NCBI GenBank assembly: GCA_964036045.1
Contig: OZ038378.1
Location: 139,996,001 to 140,060,000, forward strand
Source: Eutreptiella sp. 'Long Island Sound 2002'
Taxonomy: Eukaryota; Protista; Euglenida
Direction: 5' to 3'
Length of the DNA: 64,000 nt
The number at the start of each line of letters is the position of its first letter. Within the stretch, counting starts at the first letter, position 1. The notes under the pieces were generated by a model. It ran no database searches, was not told the origin of the DNA, and saw nothing but the letters and a program-made list of their open reading frames with translations. Made by a program: the position numbers and the translations under genes. Shown here one piece after another: positions 12,781-25,964 of the stretch.

Positions 12781-13339
12781 CAGGCTTCGTTTATAAGAGC
12801 TATTTTGCAATGGGGGGGGGGGGTCTGGGTGGGTGGGTCTTCAGCCGGGTGGGTGGGTCTAAAGCTCTGGACCCCCCCCCTCTTATAATTCTGAGGGTTT
12901 TCTGGGTTGGGCTCCTGCCACACCTTCTTTCTTTGGTCACAGGAGCCTTGTCTGGCTGTTTGCTGGTGCCCCTTTCTGTTGTGTCGTTGTGCAGGTGGCA
13001 GGTGTGCAGGTGGCAATTTTTCACATGGCGGACTTTTTTTTGATAACATGTTAACCCTGTGGACCCTTTGTTGCACAATGCTGTCAGAGCTGGTTGGTAG
13101 CCCAGTTGTCAAGGAACGTAACTGCAATTCCAAAGATCCCTAGTTCAAACCCTGGTGTTGTGAAGTTTTTGGTGTGTCACCCTTTGGGGATGCCTAACCC
13201 GGGAGCGCCTTGGCTTCAATTTGGTTCACAAAAAATGCTCCCCACAGAATTATAAGAGGGGGGGGGGTCTGGGTGGGTCAAAAGTTGGGTGGGTGGGTCT
13301 TGTCCAAAATACCCCCCCCCCTCTTATAAACGAAGCCTG
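12781..13339. mobile_element. hAT-type MITE, 559 bp
   Basis: Perfect 19-bp TIR CAGGCTTCGTTTATAAGAG / CTCTTATAAACGAAGCCTG; flanks GCCATGGT and GCCCATGGT (8-bp TSD with one extra C). Confidence 0.85.
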
Positions 13340-13537
13340 GCCCATGGTAGATTTGAGCTTGTCTCGTCAATTGACGTAGGCAAGCATTGCCTGCTGGGCA
13401 CTACATTGTGCGGATGTGGTATACGGCTGTCCAACCAGTTATCCATGCCACCGGACACGACTACAGTCCATGAAGATGACTCAGAGCTGAGTACATTCTC
13501 CACAAAATTTTAATTATTCTCAAGTGAGTGAGTGCAA

Positions 13538-13583
<46 letters not shown>

Positions 13584-13584
13584 G
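13538..13584. repeat. (GTT)n microsatellite
   Basis: About 15 perfect units, ~60 bp upstream of the exon at 13646. Confidence 0.95.
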
Positions 13585-13645
13585 GTAGTGGTTGCTGTTG
13601 TGAGTAAGTGAGTGCTCGATACGCCCTCGTTTGATCATCACTCAG

Positions 13646-13849
13646 GCCTTGAAGAAGTCCTCGCATTCCACAATTCCAGCAGTGGCCAATATCTTCTCTG
13701 GACTGGGCCCCAGGGTGCTCACAGCTGCCAACACAAAAGATTTGCTGCACACCCTGGCCTTAGGTCTCAGCGAAAAAGACATCAGTGCCTGGGGCCAAGC
13801 AGGCCTCCGGGCAGCGTGCACGAACACCCAGGATGCAGAACTGACAAAG
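13646..13849 (+). CDS. GCN1: GCN1-like exon (68 codons)
   Basis: atcactcag|GCC ... ACA AAG|gtcttt, phase 0/0; ALKKSSHSTIPAVANIFSGL...GLRAACTNTQDAELTK continues the previous exon like recalled GCN1 SLLRSPENVIETISSLL...ALRNLARQCSDS. Confidence 0.8.
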
Positions 13850-14359
13850 GTCTTTGCCCGTGTGCGTCTGTGTGGGGATGTGTGCGTCTGCAGTGGCAGG
13901 TGGGTGTGGTGTGGGTCTGGATGGGTCAGTGTGGGTGTTGTTGGGTGTTGGGGTTGGGTGAAATAGGTATAGGTGCAGGTGCAGGTGTCGGGATACTGGC
14001 TTGATGAGAGAGTGAAGTGTCGTGCGAGTGTAAAACAAAATATAAGATACATGCATGAAAATGTGTATTTTTTTAATTGAATGTCACGCGAGTCACTCCT
14101 GTGAGACTCAATTAAAAACAATGGACAAAAAAATTTTGAGTGATCGTCACCTTTTTTTTTTTTCAAGTGTCAGTGCAAGTGTCTATTTTTTTTTTGGAAT
14201 GTCAACGCAAGTGCACCCAAAAAAAGTCAAATTGCTTCATTACCCTTCCAACCCCCCTTTTTGGGCATTCCCAGGTTATTTCGCCATTGTGGCACAAGGG
14301 AAGGCCTTAAGGAACCCAATTTTTTTTGTGAAGGACCCCCCCTTCAGAACTGCTCTTAA

Positions 14360-14760
14360 AGGCAACTTTCCACTGGCTCGACGCCGGCCATTTTGTCGTG
14401 TTGGGGTCCCGAGAAGATAGGGGCCATTCCACCCACATATGGGCCCCAGAGAAGGCAGGGGTTAAGTAGCCATTTCTGTTTTTGTCCCCTTGTGTGGGGA
14501 CCCCCGAGAAGGCAAGCGTTATGTAGCGAATTTGCCCCAGATTTGGGCCACTTCTGAATTTGTTCCCACGCTTCGGTGTGGCCCTTCCAGTTGGGGTTAT
14601 GGACTCCCACGCTTCGGCGTGGCCCCTCGAGTTGGGGTCATGGACTGCCACGCTTCATCGTGGCCCCTTGAGTTGGGGTTATGGACTCCCGTGGTTCGAC
14701 GTGGCCTCTCGAGTTGGGGTTATGGACTCCCACGCTTTGGTGTGGCAAGAAATAACTCCC
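14360..14760. repeat. Degenerate tandem repeat, related in reverse orientation to 53370-53800
   Basis: Shared tgtagc.aatttgccc...tgggccact...tttgt.ccc motifs; repeated gttggggttatggactccc units. Confidence 0.6.
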
Positions 14761-16429
14761 CACCGGTCCCTACAGGGAAACATTTGAATATTTATGGGGC
14801 ACGGGCAGGGCACAGGGGGTGGTTCCCTAGCAATGATGGATATGATTTTGGTGCCACTTGGGGGGTCCAAGTCCGGGGGGGGGGGGGGGGTGACCGGTCA
14901 CAAACAGACTAAAGCGCCAAAGTGGGAAAGTGCAAACCCCAAAAAATATTGTGACCAAATGAGGTGTCTCTGGTAGAATGTCCCCTATGCCTGCCTGTAC
15001 TGCACATCACCTCGAAGAGAAGTTGTGAGATCAAGCACAGGCGCAAGCGTTGTGTGCCCCCCTTTTTGGGGGTCGTTCGCATAGCATGCCCCAACGTATG
15101 GTTTGGCATGTGGGGTTTTCATTTCCGGGGGGGAAGGGGAGTCAATAGAGCCCCCCAAAACTGGGGGGGGGGGTTCAGGAAAAGGGCTCAATTGACAGGC
15201 ACCTTTAATCAGTCTTTATGAAGTTTGGCGCCAAAGGCGCCGAAAATTTTTTTGAGCACTAAAATTGGTCGATTTTTTTTCACCAAATATATGGCAAATG
15301 ATGACTTTTCTGAAACCCCTAACGTGCTGATTCCAAAAATCCCATTTTCTTTTTTTCCCCGACTTTCGGGTCTGGGTCACCTCCAAGGCCTGGGGTCAGA
15401 CTCGGTCTGATTTTGGGGGTCCCGTCAATTGAGCCCTTTTTGGGGGAGGGGGGGGTCCGGCTGGAGGGCTCTATCGACCCCCCCCCCCGGAAGCGAAAAC
15501 CCGGCCTCCCTTTCTGGTGTCTAACCCTTTGTAAAATCATCATTTTAGGACCAAAAATGATCTCCCAATAATTTCTTGGATTTTGACCCCCGCAACCCCC
15601 CGTACCCGGGTACCCCTTTTTTGAAAGCTGGGGGGGGTCAAAACTTCTTTGCGTGTTGTGGCCGCTGTGTGTGTATTTGGACCTATATCCTGAAGAACTT
15701 TTTTCTTGTATATGGATCTCTTCACCCATGGTGGGGTCCCGGGTCCCAACTGCAGATACCCCAAGTTGCCCCCCTCCCCCCCGTATGGCCCCTTGCTAGT
15801 GAGGAGTTAGCCGTTTTCACGCCGGGTAGGGTAATTGTTTACCTGACAGAGGCTACTAGATCAAAGCCATGAGGCCCGTATATATGGGAAAACGCCACAT
15901 GGCCCCCCATTTTGGCTCTTTTTGGGCCCATTCGCGTACCCCACCCCAAGGGGTTCAATAGTTGGTTTAACCCCTTGTCTCATCATTATTTTGTCCAAAA
16001 AACACATCCCCCGAATGAGTTTTTGGTCCAGATACCCCCTAAAACCCCCTCCACTTGAAACCCACTTTTTTGAGGCGTCATGACGGGCGGGTGGGGGCAA
16101 CGGGGTGGGGGTGGGGGTGGGGGTCAAAAATCACCTTGAAGAGAGGTTGTTAGATCAAGCGCACGCGCGGGCGTCGTATACCCCCTTTTTTGGGGGTCAT
16201 CCGCGTAGCATACCCCAAGGCATGATATTGGATGTCCAACCCCTTGTAAAATCATTATTTTGCCCAATAAGACCATCCCCCAATGGACTTTTTGATTCTC
16301 AGGCCTCTATCCCCTAAAATTGGATAACACTCTTCTGAGGGGTGGGGGGGGTTGGGGGGTGGGGGGGGGGGTCAAAAGTTTTCGCTCAGAAGGCTCCAAG
16401 CAAAGGGGAAGCACATCGCTAACACACAG

Positions 16430-16500
16430 CTGCTGGTCGAATGGTAACGCCTCTGACGTACAGTTTTTGGTCGGCGGTTCGAATCCTGGTCGGCCGACTT
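16430..16500 (+). repeat. tRNA-derived A/B-box cassette (SINE-like), left member of a convergent pair
   Basis: A box TGGTCGAATGG (16434-16444) and B box GGTTCGAATCC (16476-16486) at tRNA-like spacing; no credible acceptor or anticodon stems. Confidence 0.65.
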
Positions 16501-17349
16501 TTAGCGCGGCAGCGGCGCCAAATCACCTCGCAGAGGTTGTTAGATCAAAGCCAGGCAGGCGTATATAGGGGAAAACGCCACATACCCCCCATTTTGGCCT
16601 TTTTGGGCCTATTCGCGTACCCCACCCCAAGGGGTTGAATTGTTAGTTTGACCCCTTGTAAAATCATTATTTTATCCAATAAACGCATCCCCCAATGAGT
16701 TTTTGGTCCGAACCCCGCCATACCCCCCCCACTTGAAACCCAGTTTTTTGAGGTTTTGAGGGAGGTGGGGGTCAAAAAATGACCCCCCCCTTTTTTTGGG
16801 TCAAAAATCATGAATCTTTTGGTTTTTTTTCGATTTTGAGCCGAAAAACTGTTTCCGGGTCCCGACTCCATGGGGTTTGTATGGGGCGGAGTGGGACGAG
16901 CACTTCAGCAGTTTATGCACTTTTCAGCCATTTTTGCCATGTTTGCGGTTTTGGCGACCTCGGTGACCCCGTGGTACCCACTCTGAGGGGTGTGAGTGGG
17001 GATGTTGTGACAATATATGCCTACTAGGATACGAAAGGACGTTTTTTGCAGTCTCTAGCCTTGCCGAGGGGCGCTCAAATGCCTGTGCCAAAGACGCGAA
17101 ATGGCTGTTTCCACCAATAATGGCCTAGTGAATGGGTCGGCGCACAACCTGCTCATGCAGTTTTTCGCACCGGGCAGCTCAAAAATCGAAGTTTCCGAAA
17201 CTTGTCCTTTTGCTTTTGTGATCACCTAAAATGACCATCCAAGGTATGTAGAGCATGTCTTAGGCCTTATTAATCTTGGTTTTTCCCTATTTTGTGTGTG
17301 CGTTGCTTGGAGTAGATTCTCTGTGAGGTGGACTTGCCGAAGGCAATAG

Positions 17350-17420
17350 ATCTCACCCGACCGGGGTTCGAACCGCCGACCAAAAAGACTCCGGTCAGCT
17401 GCATTACCATTCGGCCAATG
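17350..17420 (-). repeat. tRNA-derived A/B-box cassette, right member of a convergent pair
   Basis: Minus strand TGGCCGAATGG (17417-17407) and GGTTCGAACCC (17374-17364). Confidence 0.65.
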
Positions 17421-19299
17421 CTTGATCTGAGGGGAACGGTCTCCCCACTGCTTGGGGCCGCATCTACCATTGACAAACGACCCAAACTGTGTGTTTGTGT
17501 CTGACTGACGGCTGGCTTGGCTCAGGGACTGATTGGCTGACTGTCAACCTGTCTTCGAGGTTCACTGCCGCAGGCAATGGAATTTCAAAAAAAAATGAGC
17601 CCTCCTTTTTTTGTGTCCGGAATCATGAATCTTTTGATTTCTAGGTCTTTCTTTCTAGGTCTCGACTCCATGGGGTTTATATGGGGCGCAGTGGGATGAG
17701 CGCTAATGCTTGCTATGTAGTTTTTTTTTGGCGATTTTAGTGACCGTGCGGTATCCGCTCTCAGAGGTGCAAGTGGGGATATTGTGAGAGTATATGGCTA
17801 CTAGTGTACGAAAGGACGTTTTTTGCAGTCTCTAGCCTTGCCGAGGGCCGGTCAAAACCTGTGTCACCCTCTGCAACTCAGAAATGGAAGCTTTCGACGG
17901 CTATTTTTTATATTGTGACCACACAAAATGACCATCCAGCCTATGTGAACCATGGTTTAGGCAATATTTACGTGTTTTTTCGCCTTATTTGGGTATTGGG
18001 TGCGGGGGGGCGGGGGGCGGGGTCTCCCAGGGATTGGTACACAACATGCTTATGCAGATTTTCACCCTCCGCAGCTCGTAAATGGAAGTTTTCGAAGGTT
18101 TTTTTTTTTTTGATTTTGTGACTACACAAAAGGACCATCCAACCTATGTGAAGCATGTGTTAGGCAGTATTTTTGTGTTTTTCACCTTATTTGGGCATTT
18201 GGTTGGTTGGGGGCGAGGGTCTCCCAAGGGATTGGTACACAACCGGTTAATGCAGCTTTTCACCCGAGGTAGCTCAGAAATTGAAGTTTGCGATGACTAT
18301 TTTTATTATGCTAGCCACTCACAATGACCATCCAAGGTATGTAAAGTATGTTGTAGGCTGTATTTATGTGTTTCCCCCCCCTATTTTGGTATTGGGTGGG
18401 TCGGTGGGGGTATGTCCCAAGGGATTGGTACACAACTTGCCTATGCAATTTTCCACCCCGTGCACGTCAACAATCAAAGTTTCCGGAGCTCGCATCTTTG
18501 ATATCGTGGCTACTCAAAAGGATCATCCGAGCTATGTGAAGCGTGTTTTAGGTGATATTGATGTGTTTTTCACCCTTTTTCGGGGTTTGGTGTGTGTGTG
18601 TGTGTGTGTGTGTGGCTAAGAAAGAGCCTTGTTGAGCTCTTTGTTTATGGTGTGATGAATTTGTCTCGGTTCCTTGCCATCGCGCTTTTTTTTGTTTTCA
18701 TTGGCGTTGTGGGACCGCGTAGTGGTGTCCCTAGTTTCCCGCACAGAGTGTGTAATTGTGTGGCGGGGGGGGGGGGGCTCTCAAAGGACTCGTACACAAC
18801 CTGCTCAAGCATTTTATCACCGTGTACAGCTGAAAAATTCAATCACCTCACAGCGTTCGTTAGATCAAAGCCATGCAAGCCCGTGTAGAGGGGAAAACAC
18901 CACATGCCCTTCGTTTTGGGCTTTTGTTGGCCGATTTGCGTACCCAACTTCAAGGGGTGGAATTGTTTGTTGAACCCAAAGGGGGGTCGGCTTCCGTTCG
19001 AAAGCGACACCATGATAGTTTTCCAAAACTACCCGTTTTTTCCATTGCCCCCAAGAAGCGGTGTTAAGCAAATTTTCTGCCCTTTGAATAGGCGAATGGT
19101 GTCTTTGAAGCAGTGCAAGTTTTATGTGTATTTTTTTTTCATGTTCCCCTTGTGGATTGCATTTGAGCCCCACTGTGTTTTGAACCCCTCCAGTGGCTCC
19201 GTCTGCAGCCGTGGCTGCGGGATAGGGTGCCAAGCCAAGTTGCGATGGTTGTCACCGTGGTTGACAATTGCCACGGGTACCTCAACCCCCTCCCGCCCC

Positions 19300-20643
19300 C
19301 TCTTCTCTCCTTGTAAGTGCAATCCACAACCCGACCCACAAAACCCCTGCACGTGTGCACGCTTTCTTGCGATATGAGACCCGAACCGGCGCGAAGACGA
19401 GCACATGACTACTGCTATTATTTGATCACATAATTTGCAGATCCTCAACATTCCGGGGCACGAGAAGCCTATGCAACATGTGCTGTGTTGTTAGGGGCTC
19501 TTCTAGCATGCCGTACACAGCAACTTGCCAACTGCCATGCGTACCATGTGCACTGCTGCTACATCATATGCGAATCATTGAGATGTGTTCCAAGTGCTGG
19601 ATCGGTTGAGAGTATGGAACCTATTGCACATGTTTTCCGCGACCACCCCAGTTTGAAACAAGCCCATGCCCGGTATGCGACAGACAAACTCAAGCCCCGC
19701 TGTTTTCACTCAAAATTTGCGAGCCGATTCTGTGCGTCTCCGTGCGATCTGCCATAATTGCATCAAGAAAGCCGAGGCAATCCTGCAGCTACATCCTGCC
19801 ATACGCGACAGTGCCGTCAGAATTTTTCATGAAATGTTTGCGAGTGGGATTACATTGCTCAAACAAAATGGTGTGTCGTTGAACCAAGAAGTTGAAGATG
19901 AGGGTGATTTCGAAGAGGAGGCACTGCCGGCCAATGCAGTTCCTATGGACAAGTCTGTTACACAGTCAAGCCTGTTGGAATGCTTCCTCTCGGCGCAAGG
20001 TGGTGACAAGAACGCCGCGCATATCACGTGCAATGGCACAAAAATTCATGTGCCACAACTTGTCAACTACTTGTTTAATTCCCACCAAGAACGCGCTTCA
20101 TAGGATCGATTTCGGCGCGTGTAGAACATACCACGGACGATTGGAAGGTCCAAAAGACCAACTGTTGTGGCCCCGGAGGATGCAGCGTTATATGGTGCCC
20201 AGTTCGTCGGAATGTTGACGTTCCAGGACAACTGAAAGTCACAAGTGACATCCGCAGGTGTCTTCACTTACACTGCTTGTCGTTGGCGGGATGCAGTTGT
20301 TGAAGCCCCTACACTGTCGGACCTCTGCACTGCAAAGGATGGCGCCGTTGATGGCCAATTGATGTCATTTAAGAAGAATGATCACGTTACAGAGGGCACC
20401 TCCGTTGGAGCAGTAGGTTTGGTCGTGGCAGTGCACATGATACTGGGTGAGCAGTTCACTGCAGGGAATGGAAACGAAGATGTTGAGCAATGCGGATTCT
20501 GCGGGCGATGGGATGGAAGTTGTGACACAACGCCGGTGAAGGCAAAGGTAATTAGCACATGTCCAAAATTTTCCCCATTCTGGTACAAACATGCTGCTAC
20601 GAAGAAGCGGAATGTGCCGCGTCCTTACCCTTTACCTTTATGA
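19300..20643 (+). pseudogene. Decayed long ORF, probably transposon-derived, family not identified
   Basis: One frame runs 19666-20643 with only 3 stops (LVNYLFNSHQERAS*DRFRRV...CGFCG...); coding-like frameshifted sequence extends upstream to ~19300. Confidence 0.4.
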
Positions 20644-20899
20644 TTAGTAGCACCATTTTCCCTATCCATGAGGCGTCACTTGGAGTTGGCCCATTCGGAT
20701 GTTGACATGAATAGACATTTCCTGAGTTCACAGTTGAATAGGAGCAGAAACCGGTGAAGGCATTGTGTGATCGCACATAGGTGCACGCTTGCGCATCACT
20801 GTGTATCTTCTTGTTGAGACAACCACCCCTACGGCGGAATCATGAACAGATGCTAGTGGAGACCTATTTGGCAAGCGGCAGCAAGCTTGTGTGTCATCA

Positions 20900-21480
20900 T
20901 CCCCCCCCCCTCCCGCAACCCCAGCACCCCCCAAACCGGCTGGAGACACCTGGCCCGGCCATAGGAGGAGGGAAGGAAGAAGAATGAGCCTTGTTGCGCC
21001 ATCTTTGCCAGAAGCGCGAAGACCTCAACTGACGGAAGCGAAAACTTTTCCGGCTTCTCCGGCATCGCCCTATTTACTGGCACCAGGTTGACAATCAAGC
21101 TACACTTCTCAAGCGTCTTAGGAATGGCAAAAACTCCCCCGCTTGGACCCGGCGACCCCGGCGGTAGGGGGAAAAGCGGGCTCTGGTTGCGCAAAGCTTG
21201 CAACATGATCACCGCCTCGTTCGAAGCGGGTCCAACACCGGAAAAATGGCGAGCCGCCAAACTCAAAAGAGACCGGCACATGCCGCTCCCATATATCAGC
21301 CGGAATAGGGATATTTCCTACCACACCCAAACCCCTGCATAACACCTCCTCCCTGATGCACTGCATAAGCAGTTTCGGCGAAGTGGAGTCATGCAGCACA
21401 TACTCCCACACACCCGAATCGAGGGAGGACATAGCCGCCGTAATCTAGGGCAAAAAAAAAGGCCGGCGGAGGTCCGTGGC
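20900..21480 (-). pseudogene. N-terminus of the RT ORF of element 2
   Basis: VWEYVLHDSTSPKLL...RGLGVVGNIPIP is homologous to 30008-30439; it is followed by GGVFAIPKTLEKCSLIVNLVPVNRAMPEKPEKFSLPSVE, a DIRS-type RT motif 1-2 pattern. Confidence 0.7.
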
Positions 21481-21989
21481 CGCCTCCACTCCCCAATCCA
21501 AGAACTGGATCACATGCCGCTCCAACAACCTCGGCGGGGCTTTTGGCAGGCAGGCATGCAGGTATGCAAGCTCCGCAACCACGCGTCCCAATCACCGCAA
21601 CGCAGGCGCTCTCAAACCCACCGACCCACCTGCAACCCGGCGGGAAACTGCCGCTCGGGCAACCGCACCCACGAGCCTGGCTGGCCCCGCGGCCTTCCTC
21701 TTGCCCAACAGAGACGCGACCGCACCTGTCCTATTTGCCGCGATGCGGAGCCGTTTGATGGACAGGGTGACCGCCGAGGGGGAGGGAGGCTCTGCATCAA
21801 CGTCAATGACCCCCCCCCCCTCCGGTCCACACCACACCGCTCATACCCTTGTCGTCCATCAAGGCCAGGGGGGCACCCAGGACCCTTGCGCTCCCACGTG
21901 CGAGTGACTGCTCCGCCCCCCCACCCCCCCGCAACAGAGCTCCGTGTGGCTGGGTATTCCCGTTGCCCCGGCTCTGAACGGATCCCACT

Positions 21990-23080
21990 GGGCTCGTTTG
22001 GGACACAGTAACTCCTTCTCCATTCCGCCATCCCCTAAGGTCCTCGTGCGGCCCAACATCTCTATCGGGCACGCAGAGAGCCAGGAGTTCTCCCGGAAAG
22101 ACGACTTTGAGGGACATGACTCTCCACTCCCACTCCATGCCTCACCGGGCATCGGGCAGCCGCAGCTCCACGTTGTCCGCCACGAGGAAGTCATCCGGGG
22201 CGTCGCCGTAGCGAGCCGCCACCAATTCGCACAGCCAACGGCTCCACCGGGCGAGTCAGCGGGCTGGCAACCCCAGCCAGCACAGGGCCGCCGACCCCCC
22301 CCTCCTCCACGCTTGCCATCGTGCGTGAGCGCTTGCGCAGCCACTGAGGGAGGCCGCCATGACCATTTGGAGGTAAGCGGAGCCTTGCGGCAAAAGTGTA
22401 CCAAGGCTACCGCCAACGTGTACCCCTCAACGTCCAATCGGAGCCAGGTCCTGCCACAGTGTTCCAGCTTACGTCGGACAGAGTGTGGGCCACATTTGAC
22501 TGTGTGGAACCCCAGCCCCCGGCTGCGGAACCCTCCCCTCCGGATCGGGGCCGCCTCGCCCACCCGGAGGAGGCAGGTGAACGACAAGGCGGCCAAGCCG
22601 TAGACCGTCCATTGTAGCCTGCTATCACACTCCAACGCGAATGCCCTGAGCTCTTGCAGCCCGGCGGAGGGTTGCACCACCGCTTGAGAAGTCGTCCACT
22701 TCGCACACCTCCAAACCCGCCCGCTCACGAATTCTGGTAACGAACCCATCTCCTCCAACGCTCGCATTGTGGATGCAGCCCCCCGTAGGAACCTTCTTGA
22801 ATATCCGAGCCCCCAGAGCTGGAAAAGGTACCTGCATGCTTTAGTCTCCAAATTTGCCATCGGTGTGTAGCCGACCTTCCGGTAGTGGATGCAATACGTA
22901 CCCATGGTTCTTTTTGCCCAAGAGGACGCCTATAAGGGGTCCACTGACATCATCTCATCGTGCTGCCACAACCTCCTCCATGCTGCCCATACCAGTCGCC
23001 AGACCACGTTGTCACCATCCTGGAAGTCGGCCGGTTGTAACACCACCACGTCCGCACAGGACTCTGGCCCATTGCGCCCG
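21990..23080 (-). pseudogene. Tyrosine recombinase of element 2 (frameshifted)
   Basis: SSWAKRTMGTY (core-binding domain), LLRVGEA (R), FHTVK (K), then in another frame RWQAWRRGGSAALRW...SRW...AARYGDAPDDF (HxxR, W and Y equivalents). Confidence 0.8.
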
Positions 23081-23097
23081 ACTCGGCAGCGACCCCA

Positions 23098-23795
23098 TCA
23101 GTCAAACCCGAGGCATTCATGAAACCATTGGTGTTTCACGCCCCTCCCTGCATTTTTGCACGCACAACACGCCGTTGTTGGCGCGCACGTTACGTCCATC
23201 GGTTCTGCGCCCGGTTTCGCCGTGTAGAACGGGCGATCCCCTTCCACCCGGAAGTTGGCCTTCATGGCCACTAGCCTGCGCGCCACCACCTCCTCCTTAG
23301 CGGCCCCCGTACAGTCCCGTGACCGCGCGGGAAGTCCGGGGTCTTCGTCCTCCACCTCCCGCTCGTCAGCCGAGCCCTTGGGGTCAAGTCCCCTTTTTCC
23401 TCGGTATGCGGAAAGGCACGTCGCTGTAAACATCGAGACTGTCAGGACGAAAGCCTTCATCCTCTCGATCTCTTCGTCGTTCATTGACTCCAGGAACCAT
23501 ACCTGGTTGTCCGCTGCATGAGAGTCCACGACCAGCGCCAGCTCATTCAGCGTGACTATGGTGAATTTCTCCTTATCCCAGAAGCGCGACACGTGTTCGC
23601 GGGCTGGGACCTCCGTGCGCCACAGCAAGGTGGGACAGCGCCAGCAAGCTGGCATAGACCCACTGGGGCTTGGCGTCCAGCTCGCCAACTTTGAGCAATT
23701 CCGCCTTACACAGCGGGGTCACCCCCGCCATTTTCCTCTTTGCCGCGGCCTTGGACTTTGCACTCGCCTTAGCTCTGCCAATTCCTTACGTAGTC
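23098..23795 (-). pseudogene. gag-like ORF1 of element 2, C-terminal part
   Basis: TPLCKAELLKVGELDAKPQWVYASL aligns with PPLCLKELHEVALVWNHPQLVTRVL of element 1; ends CCACKNAGRGVKHQWFHEC. Confidence 0.7.
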
Positions 23796-23869
23796 CAAGG
23801 GTATGCGCCCGCCAAATAGCTGGCGGCGCTGGCGGGGAAAGTTCGTCTGGCGGTGGTGGGGAAATTTCC

Positions 23870-24525
23870 CATAATTCCTAAAGGCTATAGTGGGCTTGTC
23901 CAACAGCTGCTAGTGCGATGATTGGGATTGGTGGAATTATGGGGAATTATGGGGAATTATGGGGAATTATGGGAAATTGTGGGGAATTATGGGGAATTTG
24001 GGTGGAATTATGGGGAATTATGGGGAATTATGGTGGAATTATGGGGAATTTTGGGGAATTATGGTGAATTATGGTGGAATTATGGGGAATTATGGGGAAT
24101 TATGGGGGAATTATGGGGAATGATGGGGAACTATGGTGGAATTCAGGGGAATTATGGGGAATTATGGGGAATTATGGTGGAATTATGGGGAATTATGGGG
24201 AATGGTGGTGGAATTATGGGGAATTATGGGGAATTGTGGGGAATTATGGGGGAATTATGGGGAACTATGGTGGAATTATGGGGAATTATGGGGAATTATG
24301 GGATGTCATTTGTTGTGTTGCTGATGGTTGTTTTTTGTCGTCGTATGGCCCCTTGCTTCCACAGACATGTCAGACTTTCATCCTCACAACAATGTTCCCC
24401 ATCATTCCCCATAATTCCACCCAAATTCCCCATAATTCCCCACAATTCCCCATAATTCCCCATAATTCCCAATAATTCCACCATAATTCCCCATAATTCC
24501 CCATAATTCCCCACAATTCCCCATA
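23870..24525. repeat. (GGGGAATTAT)n then (ATAATTCCCC)n subterminal array
   Basis: Directly visible; source of the spurious MGNYGELW ORFs. Confidence 0.95.
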
Positions 24526-25964
24526 GGGTGACTGGTCGAAGACTCAAGACTGGTCAAATGACGTGGCAGATACTGCGTGGCTCACGGTCGTTCTTACCGA
24601 GTGACGTCATCGATGAGTTGGCTAAATCCGAAGGTATCTGTGTGTAGGGCTTGATCCACGCCACTCATATATGCCCAAAATTCCTGATTTTGAGGCATTG
24701 GACCCCATGTTAGGAAGGATTTTTGTAGATGACTTCAGGGCCAAAACAGAAAAATTGCTGCATAGCTGATCGGGGTGCGTCACGGTCGTACTTCAAAAAA
24801 GGGGTGAACGGTAACATCCGCTCAACCTAAAGTGACCATCGCGTTCCGTTTGATCCACGCTACTCATATATGCAAAAATTATGGCAAACGGACATATCTA
24901 CCCCAACCTACAAGGCTTGTTCGCAAGTTATGTAAATTTACGACCAGCCCAGAATTGGGGTCTGCTACAACTAACACGCACCAAGCACAAGGCAAATACC
25001 TTCAACGTGTTGTGCATTGCTCGTGCAACCACAAGCCCCCCCCCCCTTCCCAATGTTGTCTAAAGATCCCCTTGGGCACCCCCACCCCCCTTTTCCCTTA
25101 GGCCGAGACTCCTTTTGCCGCCTCACGCTTCGGCCGACCACTAGCATTCAACTCTGGTGCGGCATCCATCGTGGCATCTGCCTGTTGATCGGTGGCACTA
25201 GGATGATGGTCATCCAAATGCTCATCGTCGTCGGGTTGAGAGCAAGGAACAACTTCCCACTCCTTGTCTTCCCCAAAAGCGGTTTTCTTTGGTGTGGCAG
25301 TGCCTTCGTTGCTGCTGGGCACGGATTCTATGTCTGAAAAAAGCAGCTGGTCATCACTCTTAAGAGAGTGCTCTCGACTCAACCCATCCTCACTCTCATC
25401 ACTTGCGACCCCCAAAAGGTTGGATTTCGTCATAAGTGGATCCAATGGTGCAAACCACTTAAATTCCAAGTGAAATTGTTTGGGTTGTTGCATTGTGTGT
25501 CCTTTTGTTGGGGATTTCTCCTTGGACAACATTGGAAAAAAGGGAGAAAAGCTTTGCGGCAACACGAGTTGCGAGCGGTGGGAGCGACCAGGCGATCGCA
25601 CCGCCCACAATTTCAGGGTGGAATCCTGCCCCCTGCCGAGCCTGGGTCCTAACCTAGCCGCAAGCACCGATCCTGCAGCAATCCGTGCTGCCGATCGGCC
25701 ACACGAAGCGCCACTGTGAAGAGGGCAGATTTTGCGCCATCATTTGGCAAATCGCAATCTTAGCGCATCGATGAAGGTCTCACCTTCTGGCGGCTCTAAA
25801 TCAGGCAATCTGGCACCAAATCCCAAAATTTTTATATAGGCCAGTAGCCTGGGTCTCAATCTGGAGATCTATCAAAAGAAATCCAGAAGAGACCACAAAA
25901 TCCAAGAGAAATCCTTGCGACTGTGAAGGACGGGCGCTTTTGCGCCGGCATTTGGCAAATCACC

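Larger units (their letters stand above)
14975..18960. repeat. Cluster of A/A'/B/C composite-repeat copies
   Basis: A copy at 16520-17150 is nearly identical to 6427-7067; A' variants (atcacctcgaagagaggttg) at ~15005 and 16128; about five inverted B units at 17870-18840. Confidence 0.8.

Noticed and set aside
16430-16500. Functional tRNA gene (also at 17350, 56126 and 56215)
   Set aside because: A and B boxes are present but acceptor, anticodon and T stems do not pair, and the copies differ in the anticodon region
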